Part shown: one piece after another, positions 1 to 9,772 of the stretch | Layout of the letters: every line of letters begins with the position of its first letter | Numbering within the stretch: position 1 is the stretch's first letter | Assembly: GCA_027022365.1 (NCBI GenBank) | Contig: JALVYU010000026.1 | Span: 256,001-320,000, forward strand | Length of the DNA stretch: 64,000 nt | Source of the DNA: Desulfurococcales archaeon | Lineage (GTDB): Archaea > Thermoproteota > Thermoprotei_A > Sulfolobales > Desulfurococcaceae | Direction: 5' to 3' | Program-made: the position numbers and the translations under genes | The notes under the pieces: generated by a model | Told to the model about the DNA's origin: nothing | What the model saw: the letters and a program-made list of their open reading frames with translations, nothing else | Databases searched by the model: none

Positions 1-333
1 TACTCTAACTGGTATGATCTCTAGAGTGTTGTCTCGGCCCACGACCAATACCAAGTCGCCTTTCTTGATATCCAGCGATTTAGCGAAAGCCTTGGGTATA
101 GAGTATACCGCACTTACGTTTGTTTTCCACACTTTAACTTTCTTCACATTCCACGCAGTCTTCTTAACTACACGTACAGCGTACTCTCTACCTATATTGC
201 TATCGATAGGCACATAAAGAATCCTATCAATACCTAGAACAGCAAACACCTCCTCTCCAGCTGGTACTATGAAGTGTCTAGACGTTATATAGTACGATAC
301 ATTACCCATAACTTTAAGTACTTTAATGTACAT
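1..333 (-). CDS. AbrB/SpoVT-like DNA-binding protein (3' end runs off window; not in ORF track)
   Basis: Manual translation from ATG at 333 with GGTGGT RBS: MYIKVLKVMGN...AVYSIPKAFAKSLDIKKGDLVLVVGRDNTLEIIPV, an AbrB-type IPK..A..L.I..GD signature; open to position 1. Confidence 0.7.
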   Translation of the reverse strand, partial: MYIKVLKVMGNVSYYITSRHFIVPAGEEVFAVLGIDRILYVPIDSNIGREYAVRVVKKTAWNVKKVKVWKTNVSAVYSIPKAFAKSLDIKKGDLVLVVGRDNTLEIIPVRV

Positions 334-559
334 ATGTACCACCGGTCAACTCCTATTTTCATCCTAAATAAATACTTACTGAACTCTTAATGAACTTCAT
401 TTAGAATACTATAAAACTATGGAATAGTATTTCTTTTATATAATTTTTCATTAGTTATACATCATATTGTTAAACTCTATGAGAAGAACAGCTATAATCC
501 TATACACGTCATATTTTTTATAAGATTAAAGTGGTGATATAGTACTTGGTGTCTCGTAG

Positions 560-1612
560 TTGAAAATTCCTATAGGTAAGCTTATTATAAATCCCGAGAT
601 CGTTGCTAGAACTAAAATTGATGAGGAATACCTTAAGCTTTTAATGAAGAGTCTTAAGGAGGATGGCCAATTACATCCTATTACTGTGAGACCACTACCT
701 GATGGAAGATATGAAATTATTGATGGTCTTCACAGAGTGGAAGCTGCTAAAAGACTTGGCTGGAAGGACATTGAGGCCAACGTTGTATCAGTAGATGATC
801 TTGAAGCTAAGTTTCTATCACTTAAGGCTAATCTTGTTAGGAGGAACCTTGAGCCTGTTCAAGAGGGCGAACTGATATACCGTATAATGGTTAAACACAA
901 ACTTACTGAGAAGCAAGTAGCTGAAAGGCTCGGGGTATCTGTTGAATGGGTTTCAAAGAGACTAGCACTAGTACTTAAGGTACATGAAAAGGTTAGGAAG
1001 CTGGTAGCTGAAGGTAAGTTATCGTTAGGTCACGCTGTAGTTATATCGAGGATCAAGGATCCTACTAAACAAGTAAAGTTCGCTTACTTAATAATAAGAA
1101 ATAGTTGGAGCGTTAAACAAGCAGAGGAAGCACTCATAGAGTTCATAAACGATACCATATTCACGATAGGCTATGAAGGTAGGAGTTTTGAGGAGTTCGT
1201 AGACTTATTGAAGAAGCATGAGATCAAGGTTGTTATGGATATTAGGCATGAAGTAGACTTCGTTAAGCAGGAGTTCTCGGGAGAGCTACTAAAGAGGCAA
1301 CTCCCTGTCTATGGTATCAGATATATTCAGTTGAAGGAGCTTGGAGTACCTAGAATGATAAGAGAGCCATATATAGAGGGTAAACTTTCATTTGAATGCT
1401 TTAAGCAGTGGTATCTATGGTGGATTGAGAAGAATCGTGATGAATGGGAGAAGAAGCTAAGGGAAGCAAAGAGAATAGGGTACATTACTTTACTATGTGT
1501 CGAAAGATATCCTAAGCCACATGGAGCACAGAAACATTACTGTCATAGAGATATCCTTGCTGATTATCTAATAAGACAAGGCTTCTTCGAAAAAAGAGTT
1601 GATATTATATGA
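560..1612 (+). CDS. ParB/Spo0J-family protein (ParB N-domain + HTH) fused to C-terminal DUF488 domain
   Basis: SLKEDGQLHPITVR..YEIIDGLHRVEAA (ParB); LTEKQVAERLGVSVEWVSKRL (HTH); TIFTIGYEGRSFEEF..VVMDIR and LLCVE...CHRDILADYL (DUF488). Confidence 0.85.
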   Translation: MKIPIGKLIINPEIVARTKIDEEYLKLLMKSLKEDGQLHPITVRPLPDGRYEIIDGLHRVEAAKRLGWKDIEANVVSVDDLEAKFLSLKANLVRRNLEPVQEGELIYRIMVKHKLTEKQVAERLGVSVEWVSKRLALVLKVHEKVRKLVAEGKLSLGHAVVISRIKDPTKQVKFAYLIIRNSWSVKQAEEALIEFINDTIFTIGYEGRSFEEFVDLLKKHEIKVVMDIRHEVDFVKQEFSGELLKRQLPVYGIRYIQLKELGVPRMIREPYIEGKLSFECFKQWYLWWIEKNRDEWEKKLREAKRIGYITLLCVERYPKPHGAQKHYCHRDILADYLIRQGFFEKRVDII

Positions 1613-1899
1613 GGGAGGCTACAATGCTTGTAGGCGTTATATATCGAAGTAAAGAGGTAGAGATTCTAGGTATTGAGTTAGTTACATCTAGAGAACTATT
1701 TGGTCAAGCAATATACTGTCCTCTCTGCCGTAAAGAACTTAAGGGATGGAGTGAAGGATGTACAGTATTTCACTTATATTGTGATCACTGCGGTATTGCG
1801 ATAACAGTGGCTAACACCAATATTCTTGAAGATAAAGATCTTAGCGATCTAGAAGCTAAGCTCCTTTCTCTATTCGACGAAATAAGCTCTAGGTGGTAG
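1609..1899 (+). CDS. small zinc-finger protein
   Basis: CPLC...CDHC; overlaps both neighbours (translational coupling). Confidence 0.65.
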   Translation: MREATMLVGVIYRSKEVEILGIELVTSRELFGQAIYCPLCRKELKGWSEGCTVFHLYCDHCGIAITVANTNILEDKDLSDLEAKLLSLFDEISSRW

Positions 1900-2783
1900 A
1901 AATGGTTGTCGAGAGGATAATAGTTTTAGCGAAAACGTATCCAGAGCTTAGTTCAAAACATGGTCCACTAGTATGTGTTGCTGGAGTAAATGAGTATAAG
2001 GAGTGGCGTAGACTTTATCCTATACCGCTTAAGATATGGATAAACGAGAAGTATGAGGATATAAGATTCAGGAAATGGGATAAAATAGAAGTTGAAGTTA
2101 GTGAGAAACCGCCACCACATGATAGAAGATCTGAGAGTAGACGCGTGATTAACTGGAAGAACATAAGGGTTGTAGGCCATATAAAGGATTGGGAAACTAG
2201 GTTAGCCGTAATTAAAGAGCTACTTGATCCAGATATAGAATCGATCATTAATTCTGGTAGGAGTTTAGGTGTTATAAAACCTGCTAAAGTATTAGACTTC
2301 TTCAGTAAGCCTAGGCATAGGCTTAGAGATGAAGCTGAGAAAGAAGTTCTGAAGAAGATGGATGAAGCTGATAGCACGGTAACACTCCTAGAATATCTTG
2401 AGATAGGTGATAAGTACCTACTACCTGAGGTAAGGGAACCTGACGTTAAGGTAGAAGAACTTCCATGGATAGGCTACAAGTTTTACTGTGGTAATCCTCG
2501 ATGCAGAGGACATGAGATGATGGTTATTGACTGGGAAGCGCAGGAACTATTCCGCAAGTATAGGACTGTTGAAGGACCGGTAAAACAGAAGTTGTTCAAT
2601 GAGCTAGTGTTTAAGAGGGATCTCTACTTCATAGTAGGTAATACGTGGAAGTATCACAAATCCTTCATGATAATAGGCTTGTTCTACCCACCAAAAGGAA
2701 CAGTTCCAGTAAAGCCGCTCGTACCAATATTCAAGGATAAACCAAAGCAGAAGACTCTCTTCGATATCCTGCAACAAAGGTGA
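1893..2783 (+). CDS. conserved protein of the DUF488-associated (dual OB-fold-like) type
   Basis: LAKTYP..S..VCVAG...WRRLYPIP, FRKWD.IE, DRRSES, SLGVIKP, Y.FYC...C..H.M..IDWE, DLYFIVGN...SFMIIGLFYPP. Confidence 0.65.
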   Translation: MVEMVVERIIVLAKTYPELSSKHGPLVCVAGVNEYKEWRRLYPIPLKIWINEKYEDIRFRKWDKIEVEVSEKPPPHDRRSESRRVINWKNIRVVGHIKDWETRLAVIKELLDPDIESIINSGRSLGVIKPAKVLDFFSKPRHRLRDEAEKEVLKKMDEADSTVTLLEYLEIGDKYLLPEVREPDVKVEELPWIGYKFYCGNPRCRGHEMMVIDWEAQELFRKYRTVEGPVKQKLFNELVFKRDLYFIVGNTWKYHKSFMIIGLFYPPKGTVPVKPLVPIFKDKPKQKTLFDILQQR

Positions 2784-2795
2784 AAGGATGATAAT

Positions 2796-3317
2796 ATGCC
2801 TACAATGTTCGAAAACGAAGAACAAATGAAAGAACTGCTAATAAGATGGCTGAGAGACAACGGGTTCATAACAAGGAGAGGACTATATGTTAAGAATTTT
2901 GAAATAGATGTAGCTGCACTAGCCTCAGCGAGGATAACTAGAGAGGGAATAAGACTAGTCAGAGATAGATATGTGTACGCGTTCGAAACCAAGGTTGCTA
3001 CAACATATAAACTTATAAAAGAGGTTGTCGAACAAGCGATCATAAGGCTGTTAGCAGTAGACTATGTCTATATAGTTGTACCTAAAATAGCCGAGATTTG
3101 GAAAGATGGAACAACTAAGGACATTATAACGCCTCCTATCAATGTTAAGAAGATAGCTTCAGGAACATACTCTAAAAACATAGGAATCATAGCAATAGAG
3201 CCCAACGGAACAATCGAAATAACCAGAACAGCACGAAAATCTGGACTAACAATAAAAGAACTAAGAAATCTCGTCATAAGAGAGCTAAGAGGAGAAAACA
3301 TAAGACCATTATATTGA
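2796..3317 (+). CDS. PD-(D/E)XK restriction-endonuclease-fold protein
   Basis: E..MKELLIRWLRDNGF, FEIDVAA, AFETK, EQA...AVDYVYIVVP. Confidence 0.7.
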   Translation: MPTMFENEEQMKELLIRWLRDNGFITRRGLYVKNFEIDVAALASARITREGIRLVRDRYVYAFETKVATTYKLIKEVVEQAIIRLLAVDYVYIVVPKIAEIWKDGTTKDIITPPINVKKIASGTYSKNIGIIAIEPNGTIEITRTARKSGLTIKELRNLVIRELRGENIRPLY

Positions 3318-3771
3318 CAAATTATCATTTTTAGCACTAGAGTAGTCATGATATACCAATCATTTTAATCTAAGTGAGATCGAGATTATGTGAATCATAG
3401 ATATAGCTACTTGCTGAAACGGATAGGAACGGGGTGTTTGATATAGCCTTTCCTGCGGAGATTCTCCACGAGCACTGCTTTATGGGGCCTGGCCATGATG
3501 CACCTCCCCCTTACTAAGCCGTAGGGGATCTTTTAAAGCTGAATCTAAGGACTTTTTCGCTAGGGCAGAGGTTCTGATCCCTATATGGGCAGTGGATGTA
3601 GTCGTAGATTCTACAGGGTTCTGGGTGGTGGATCGTTGCGTGGATTATTTCTCAGCATACCTTGCATTTCCCGATTACTTCGCCTCTACGAGTAATGATG
3701 TGTTGTCCGGGTTTGAGCTTGAGGGTTTTCAGGGTTAGAGTGTATATCCGGACTATTTTCCCCGCCTCGTG

Positions 3772-3826
3772 TTTACTCTTTAGACTTAAGAGTATAAACT
3801 TTATACTCTTAAGTCTAAAGAGTAAA
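3772..3826. repeat. perfect 27-bp inverted repeat with 1-nt spacer (55-bp palindrome)
   Basis: TTTACTCTTTAGACTTAAGAGTATAAA-C-TTTATACTCTTAAGTCTAAAGAGTAAA read directly. Confidence 0.95.
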
Positions 3827-3834
3827 ATATCACT

Positions 3835-6205
3835 GTGATCCATTGTTACGGTTTGATAATAGTCTGTTCCTATGTCTATACGGTCCTTCTATATAATTCG
3901 GTGTTGCTAATGGGCAGGATGTTATATGCTGTAATCTATATCGTCTTGATGATTTCTTCCAGCTTGTTATTTGTAGAAGCAACGCTCTTAACAGGGAGCT
4001 TATTATTTGCTGTTCCGTTAGCGGTTCTCAGTATGGCTTTACTGTTTGCGGATGTTATAATATGGTACAGATATATTCATCCCGTAGTCGTTAGGAATGT
4101 CGAGATGCTTATTGCCGTAGTATTTACATCTTTCATGCTCTTAATGATCCCGCTTCTTCTCGGATTCCTACATCTAGCCCCAGCTTTGGTGATGCAGGCT
4201 ACTCTCGCTTCCACGGGCCTTATAGATGGTTGGAGCCGTGTAAGGGGTTTAATCTCTAGGTCTAGGCGAACAGCTGTTAGGAGAATCCGGGAGAAGAAAG
4301 GCTGGAGCAGGTCTGTTCCCAGGGAGCTGGAGATATTTGTTTATATAGACTTGTTTACGGCAATGCTCTTCATACCATCTATACTTCTCGGGTTCTACCT
4401 CTTGGTAACGGGTGTTGACATACTTGTATCCAGCCTGGGCTTTGCCCTAGTCATGTATGGTTTAGCGGGGATGGGGTTTCATGTAGCTAACCTGCTGAAA
4501 CCCCCCGTGGAGGTTAGGATTCGTGTCTTGAGGAGGAAGTGGTATACTGCTTTCTTGGTCAGGCATCCGAGGATCTATTCTTTCGCTGAAAAGTACACGG
4601 GCTATATTAAGCGTCTCCTCGTTGAAGCCGGGGTGTTTCAGGGATCCCTCGTATTTGCTTCTAGGTATTTTGTCCCGGCTTTGTTAATGCTTGTTTCGCT
4701 GGGCCCGCTAGGTGTGGTTGCTCCTCTGCTACTGGGTAGGCTTGGTTTCATAGTCCTGGGTATAGTGTTTTCTGTTCCAGCGATCCTCCTATTGTTCCCC
4801 ATCATGTACTTGTCCTCGAGGAGGGGTGATAGGAGGCGTAGGGTTGAGGATGAGCTTCCCTGGTTCGCCCTATACGCTAGTATTATGCAGAGTGCTGGGT
4901 TGAGCCTATACGAGTCCTTTAAGAGGCTGATAGGTAAGGGGATCCTCCCGGCTATAGAGAGTGAAGCAACTATTATTGAGCGTAATGTTAAGATGCTCGG
5001 TATGGATCAGGTGAACGCTATTGAGGCTCTGGCTAGGCGTCATCCCTCTAGGAGGTTCAGCGAATTCCTATACTCGTACACAACCATATTGAGGACCGGT
5101 GGGGACCTGGTATCGTATCTTGAGGGCAGGGTTAGAGAGTACTTGGAGCTTCTCAAGTTCAGGCTTAAACGATATGCTGAGAGATCGGTTGATTTAGGCG
5201 AGATACTCATAACAATGTTCTTTATATTGACGAGCATTGTTGTTTCACTGGTTATTGCTGCCTGGGGATATAGCCCTTACAGCTATTAGGATGTATAACT
5301 ATCTCGCGATACCGCTGATCACGATCGTGCTTTACTCGGTAATTAATTCTATTCAGCCGAGGCTCTATGACAGGTATAGGGTCAGCCATGCTCTGCCAGC
5401 CATTACAACTCCTCTTGCAACCCTCATAGCCGTGGTCTCGGGCTGGGACCCGTCCTTGATCATTGCATCGTTCGTGATAGGGCTGGCTGGCGGTTATGGG
5501 TTCCAGTACTATATGCAGCAGAAAGTCATCTCTGCTCAGGAGAGGGCGTTGCAAGATTTTCTCCGGGATGTTGCCGAGTACCGGAAGATCGGGTTGCCGG
5601 TCTCTAGAGCTATTGTCTCTATTGCTGAGAGGAGGAGCTATAACTCGTTCTTCGATGACTTGCTCTCCTATATCGCTTTCCAGCTAAGGATGCATAAGAG
5701 GCTGGGAGAGGTAGTAGTGCCTACGAGCTCCCGGCTCGTCAGAACGGTGTTCTTCATATTGGGCGAGATAGAGGCTAGTGGTGGGGGTACGATTAGGGTT
5801 CTCGAGGAGCTTGTGAACTTTGTCCAGGAGTATAATATTGCGAAGAACGAGATGCGGGGAATGCTCCGCCTCTACGAGCTCCTAGCCTACACTACCCCGG
5901 TAATGCTGGTATTAACAGTTTCACTTGTAACAGGGCTCAGCACAGGATTCCAAGCCCCCGCGTCCTCGGCTTTCTCGAGCCTCCCAGGCTTCAGCCTCAG
6001 TATAGGGCGTTTCGACAAAGCAGTCCTAAGCAAAATAAGGACATCGACCCTGCTAGCCTCGATATCCCTAGCAGTCCTTACCAGCAAGACCATAGATTTC
6101 ACCGTGAAGAACACGCTCCGAGCAGTAATAGTCATAGTGATAACCATTGCCTCGTTCAGCTTCCTGCAACCATTAGCCGAGGAGATTATCAAGACGCTAG
6201 TCTAG
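3835..6205 (+). pseudogene. type IV pilus platform protein (TadC/FlaJ-like, two T2SSF domains) split by a frameshift into 3835..5289 and 5237..6205
   Basis: RRVEDELPWFA..S.MQSAGLSL...TILRTGGDL and ERALQDFLRDVAE..KIGLP...EASGGG in overlapping frames; shift near 5255-5270. Confidence 0.7.
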
Positions 6206-6557
6206 CGGGTATAGTTTAAACACGTTATCCCTTACATGTACGAGCATGAATTTTGGTGGGTTTCCTTTTGGGCCATGGATTATATTCTTTTTCTCTGAAG
6301 TAGTGTTTAAAGAACTCGTGCCTGAGCTCTGAGCATTTTCTCCAGAATGAATCCGTTATCTCCACGCTTATACGGTACTTATCCTCAATGATTAGCTCGA
6401 CGTAGCTCCAGGTTCTGCTGAACAACGTGTCTCTATCGGGCTTTCTTATCCTGATCCCGTATGTGAACCTCTTCCAGTCACGGTTTTCCCTTCGTGCTCC
6501 GCCTTTCCACGCTGTAGCTATAATATAGTCGTTCATAGGCCTGCCCCGCTCATTCAC
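6197..6557 (-). pseudogene. conserved hypothetical protein with probable +1 frameshift near C-terminus
   Basis: ORF 6225..6557 (YGIRI..DRD..F...W...SFW..C.EL..PWPK); removing one A at ~6268 gives PWPKGNPPKFMLVHVRDNVFKLYPLD* ending at 6197. Confidence 0.5.
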
Positions 6558-6719
6558 TTGCTATGTGGGTCGTCGTTAATAAGGAAATGGAGGGGGTACT
6601 GCTATGCTTGTGTAGAGGATCCGATCATTAACGGATATGCTGGCTAGACCCATGTTGAAGGAAAAATGCAACGTGTGTTCATTGATAAGTAACTATGTTT
6701 TTGTGTCTATTCTTTCCTA

Positions 6720-7250
6720 GTGGTGATGGTAATGAAGGCGATAAGCCCTGTAGTGGCGACTATACTGATAATTGGGATAACCATTGCGGCCGTAGCAGGT
6801 CTCTGGATGCTGGTGCAGAGAAATGCCAGGACGGGGAGCGTTGTGAAGCTCGACGTTGTGAGCATACAAGCCAATGCGGCCCCTGACGCGAAGAGCTGTG
6901 GCTTCGTCGTGACTCTGAGGAACTCTGGTAACGTACCTGTAACCGTGTCAAAGGTCGAGGTAAGCGTTGGCTCCGGGAACAACGTGATCAATACGACGCT
7001 GAGCCCCCGGAACGCCAGGATAAGCCCTGGTAGCACAGAGGACTTCACCGGCGAGGCCAGCAGCCAGAGCCCGGTCTTCACGGATGGCGCCATCCGTGAA
7101 GACCGGGCCGGACGGGGCTCAGCACACTATAATCCAGTACGCCACCATAAGGACATCCACGTTCTAGCAGTAGCTTCCCATAAGGTATTTGGAAATACAA
7201 AACTGTTTTTTAGCCCTTCAACCACCCCCTCCGTCTCCATTATTCCTTAA
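6720..7250 (+). CDS. archaeal type IV pilin (class III signal peptide); C-terminus probably frameshifted near 7090
   Basis: MKA/ISPVVATILIIGITIAAV; VTLRNSGNVPVTV; alternative frame after 7090 gives SVKTGPDGAQHTIIQYATIRTSTF*. Confidence 0.75.
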   Translation: MVMVMKAISPVVATILIIGITIAAVAGLWMLVQRNARTGSVVKLDVVSIQANAAPDAKSCGFVVTLRNSGNVPVTVSKVEVSVGSGNNVINTTLSPRNARISPGSTEDFTGEASSQSPVFTDGAIREDRAGRGSAHYNPVRHHKDIHVLAVASHKVFGNTKLFFSPSTTPSVSIIP

Positions 7251-7259
7251 TCCGTAACT

Positions 7260-7586
7260 ATGTCCCCCTCCTCCCCTAATCGGTATCGGTGCAGCTGGAT
7301 GGACTGCGGACTGCTTAATGGTTGCATAGACTATGAGTTCCTCGGCAAACTAGTAGATGCGCTAGAGATCAAGCTTGTACCCTTCGCCGACAAGTGGTTA
7401 CTGATAGTAGTCATAGGCTACACGTTCTATGATGATATAGAGTCGACCATTAGAGCTGTGCAGAAGTTCCTGAAAGAAAATGGTGTAGAATCCAGACCCC
7501 GGGAAATAGCCCCCGACTTCTACAATGACCTACCTGTTCTCAGGCTCGTGTTCGAGATAAATGGGTTCGGCGGTGATAATGGTTGA
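7260..7586 (+). CDS. hypothetical protein
   Basis: ORF coupled to downstream gene; start uncertain. Confidence 0.45.
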   Translation: MSPSSPNRYRCSWMDCGLLNGCIDYEFLGKLVDALEIKLVPFADKWLLIVVIGYTFYDDIESTIRAVQKFLKENGVESRPREIAPDFYNDLPVLRLVFEINGFGGDNG

Positions 7587-8893
7587 AGGTCTCCGTGTTT
7601 ATGATTCTTTTACTCTTCTTCTCATCGATATCATCGATATTGCTTTTATCCCCAGTTGAGGGTAGCGGAGATGCAGGGGCCTCCGCAAGTATTGGTGTAG
7701 AGACCCCTATACCCGGGAATAAAAGCTATCGGGGAGGCAATGTATCGCTAGCTCTAAGTATTTATAATGGATTAGATGAACCCGTAAACATTAGTGTTGA
7801 AACGTTCCTGGATCCGATGATTCTCTTATGGTCTAACTATACGGTGGAGAGCCTTGATCCCGGAGCCCGGGTCAGGTTTATGTGGTTGGTGAAGGTGCCT
7901 GAGGATATAGGCTTCGGCAACTATACTCTGGGCTTCAACATAACCTATGTACACGGATCTGAGATCAACAACGTGTATGAGGAGGCTTGGGTCGATGTTA
8001 TACCTAGAAACATTACTCTGCTAACGGCTGACCTATACCACAACGCTACCGGATACTATTTGGTGGTCTCGAACCCGCTAACTGATCCCGGACAGTATAT
8101 AGTAGAGAACGTGTCGATAACTATAGAACCATTTAATATAAGTGTGGTTCCACGGGAAGCCGTTATTAATGAACTCTACGCTACCAGCTCCTACACGATA
8201 CCCCTATCTATAAGCTTCAATGAATCGGATATCGGAGCATTAACGGTAAACATGACAACCCATGATGACGTTCACGGACTAGTGTATTTCAACTACACAT
8301 TCATAGTAGTTAATGCTACGGCTTACCTGGATCTCCGTGTAGTAAATGATTATGGTGAGCCGTTATCCGGAGCCGTTGTCAATATAGCTAATGGGGCCTA
8401 TCCTACAGATTCAAACGGCCATATAAGCCTGGTTCTACCCGTAGGGATCTATAATTATACAGTTGAGTATCAAGGACATAAGGCCTTAGGGAAGATAGTT
8501 CTCTATACGGGATATAATCAATACACTATAATAGTCGATCTAACACCACCTATAATATTGAGTGCAAGACAAGAAGGCTATGGTATTATGGTTAAAGCCT
8601 ACGATCCGGGAAGTAACTGTTCTGGCGTTTCATCGATTATATTCGTCCAGGGAGAAAAAGTTTGGAAATATATGTTCTCCGCGCAGAGAAACATATCATT
8701 GATGCTTTACCCGTCGTTAAAATCGGGAAGCGCAACTATAATCGTGTTTGACGCGCAAGGAAATAAAAACAGCACCACGATCCAGTATATTGAACCAGTA
8801 AAAACAGATATCATATTGGAAGTTATCATTGTCTTCTCAATAGTTTTCATAGCGTTGATTGCATTATTGCTTTTAACTTCAAACCATTGGTAA
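7583..8893 (+). CDS. secreted, C-terminally anchored surface glycoprotein with Ig-like/carboxypeptidase-regulatory-like domains
   Basis: signal peptide, many N-x-S/T sites, GEPLSGAVV...TDSNG...LPVGIY motif, C-terminal TM helix. Confidence 0.7.
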   Translation: MKVSVFMILLLFFSSISSILLLSPVEGSGDAGASASIGVETPIPGNKSYRGGNVSLALSIYNGLDEPVNISVETFLDPMILLWSNYTVESLDPGARVRFMWLVKVPEDIGFGNYTLGFNITYVHGSEINNVYEEAWVDVIPRNITLLTADLYHNATGYYLVVSNPLTDPGQYIVENVSITIEPFNISVVPREAVINELYATSSYTIPLSISFNESDIGALTVNMTTHDDVHGLVYFNYTFIVVNATAYLDLRVVNDYGEPLSGAVVNIANGAYPTDSNGHISLVLPVGIYNYTVEYQGHKALGKIVLYTGYNQYTIIVDLTPPIILSARQEGYGIMVKAYDPGSNCSGVSSIIFVQGEKVWKYMFSAQRNISLMLYPSLKSGSATIIVFDAQGNKNSTTIQYIEPVKTDIILEVIIVFSIVFIALIALLLLTSNHW

Positions 8894-8951
8894 GCGATTT
8901 TAATTTAGTACTTATAACGTTTAAATAGCCAGAAAATTAGATACGTATATT

Positions 8952-9027
8952 GGAGGCGGCGGTCCTATAGGCCGTTGGCCTCCGGAGAATCCCGCGGGTA
9001 GCGGTCCTATAGGCCGCGGACCGCGGG
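8952..9027 (-). ncRNA. candidate structured RNA (two tandem hairpins) immediately 3' of DUF3800 gene
   Basis: GC-rich hairpins 8952-8983 and 8991-9027 share the 16-bp repeat GCGGTCCTATAGGCCG (8959-8974, 9001-9016) but have different basal stems. Confidence 0.6.
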
Positions 9028-9043
9028 GAGATGTTCTAGCTAT

Positions 9044-9772
9044 TCATTCTATCTCCCATATCTTCAACCCGCATCCTTCGTAAGTATTCTGTCCGGGGCA
9101 CCTCCTAATTCTCGGCTCTATGGTGAGGAATGCTTTTTCGAAATCAAAACTTTGCCATCTATACTGTTTCGTAACTATGTATCTAGTCAGATATGCCACA
9201 TAGTCGGCTATCTGGATCGCTGGTTCTAAGTGGGAGTAGGAGAAGGTGATGTATGTTCTATATGTTGGATTTGCGAGTGCTTCTTCTATACCCTTCTCGA
9301 TATCATGTCTAATATTTGCATCTTCGCGTAGATTCTTTGAATCAAATATGATGAGCGCTATGTTTTCATCTGCTCTAGTCATATATAGTCTCTCGACAAG
9401 GAGTTTTAATGCATGTTTTCTTATACCTCGGGCCCTCTTCTTCGAAATCTCTACTCCTGGTCTTGATTTAACAACAGCTACAATATTTAGTACTATGTCA
9501 AGCCTTGAAACGAGTTCGGCGATTTCTTGAAATATCCTTGCCCTATCCCGCATGGGGAGTCTCCACGGAGAATTCCCCTTAACCAGATGCTTGGTATGGA
9601 CCTCATTAACCCGGATACCATATTGATTATTAATATGTGAGAGGAAACGCGAGAAACTACTATCAACTACACCAAGTTTATCCTCACAGACGGCGACAGA
9701 TGACAAAATATATGGGCCTTCATCGAGCTGAAGAGGATCACCCGACTCGTCAACAAATATTAATAGCGTCAA
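9044..9772 (-). CDS. DUF3800 family RNase H-like protein
   Basis: IFVDESGD, EVHTK, LIIFD, SHLEPAIQIADYVAY. Confidence 0.85.
   Translation of the reverse strand: MTLLIFVDESGDPLQLDEGPYILSSVAVCEDKLGVVDSSFSRFLSHINNQYGIRVNEVHTKHLVKGNSPWRLPMRDRARIFQEIAELVSRLDIVLNIVAVVKSRPGVEISKKRARGIRKHALKLLVERLYMTRADENIALIIFDSKNLREDANIRHDIEKGIEEALANPTYRTYITFSYSHLEPAIQIADYVAYLTRYIVTKQYRWQSFDFEKAFLTIEPRIRRCPGQNTYEGCGLKIWEIE

Noticed and set aside
3405-3843. Minus-strand fragments (ORF 3652..3843 and a 29-codon ORF with GGAGGTG RBS)
   Set aside because: Probably decayed genes; internal stops and no recognisable family
8959-9016. 16-bp direct repeat as a possible mini-CRISPR
   Set aside because: Only two short copies, the spacer base-pairs with the flanks, no leader or cas genes; no CRISPR array seen in the window
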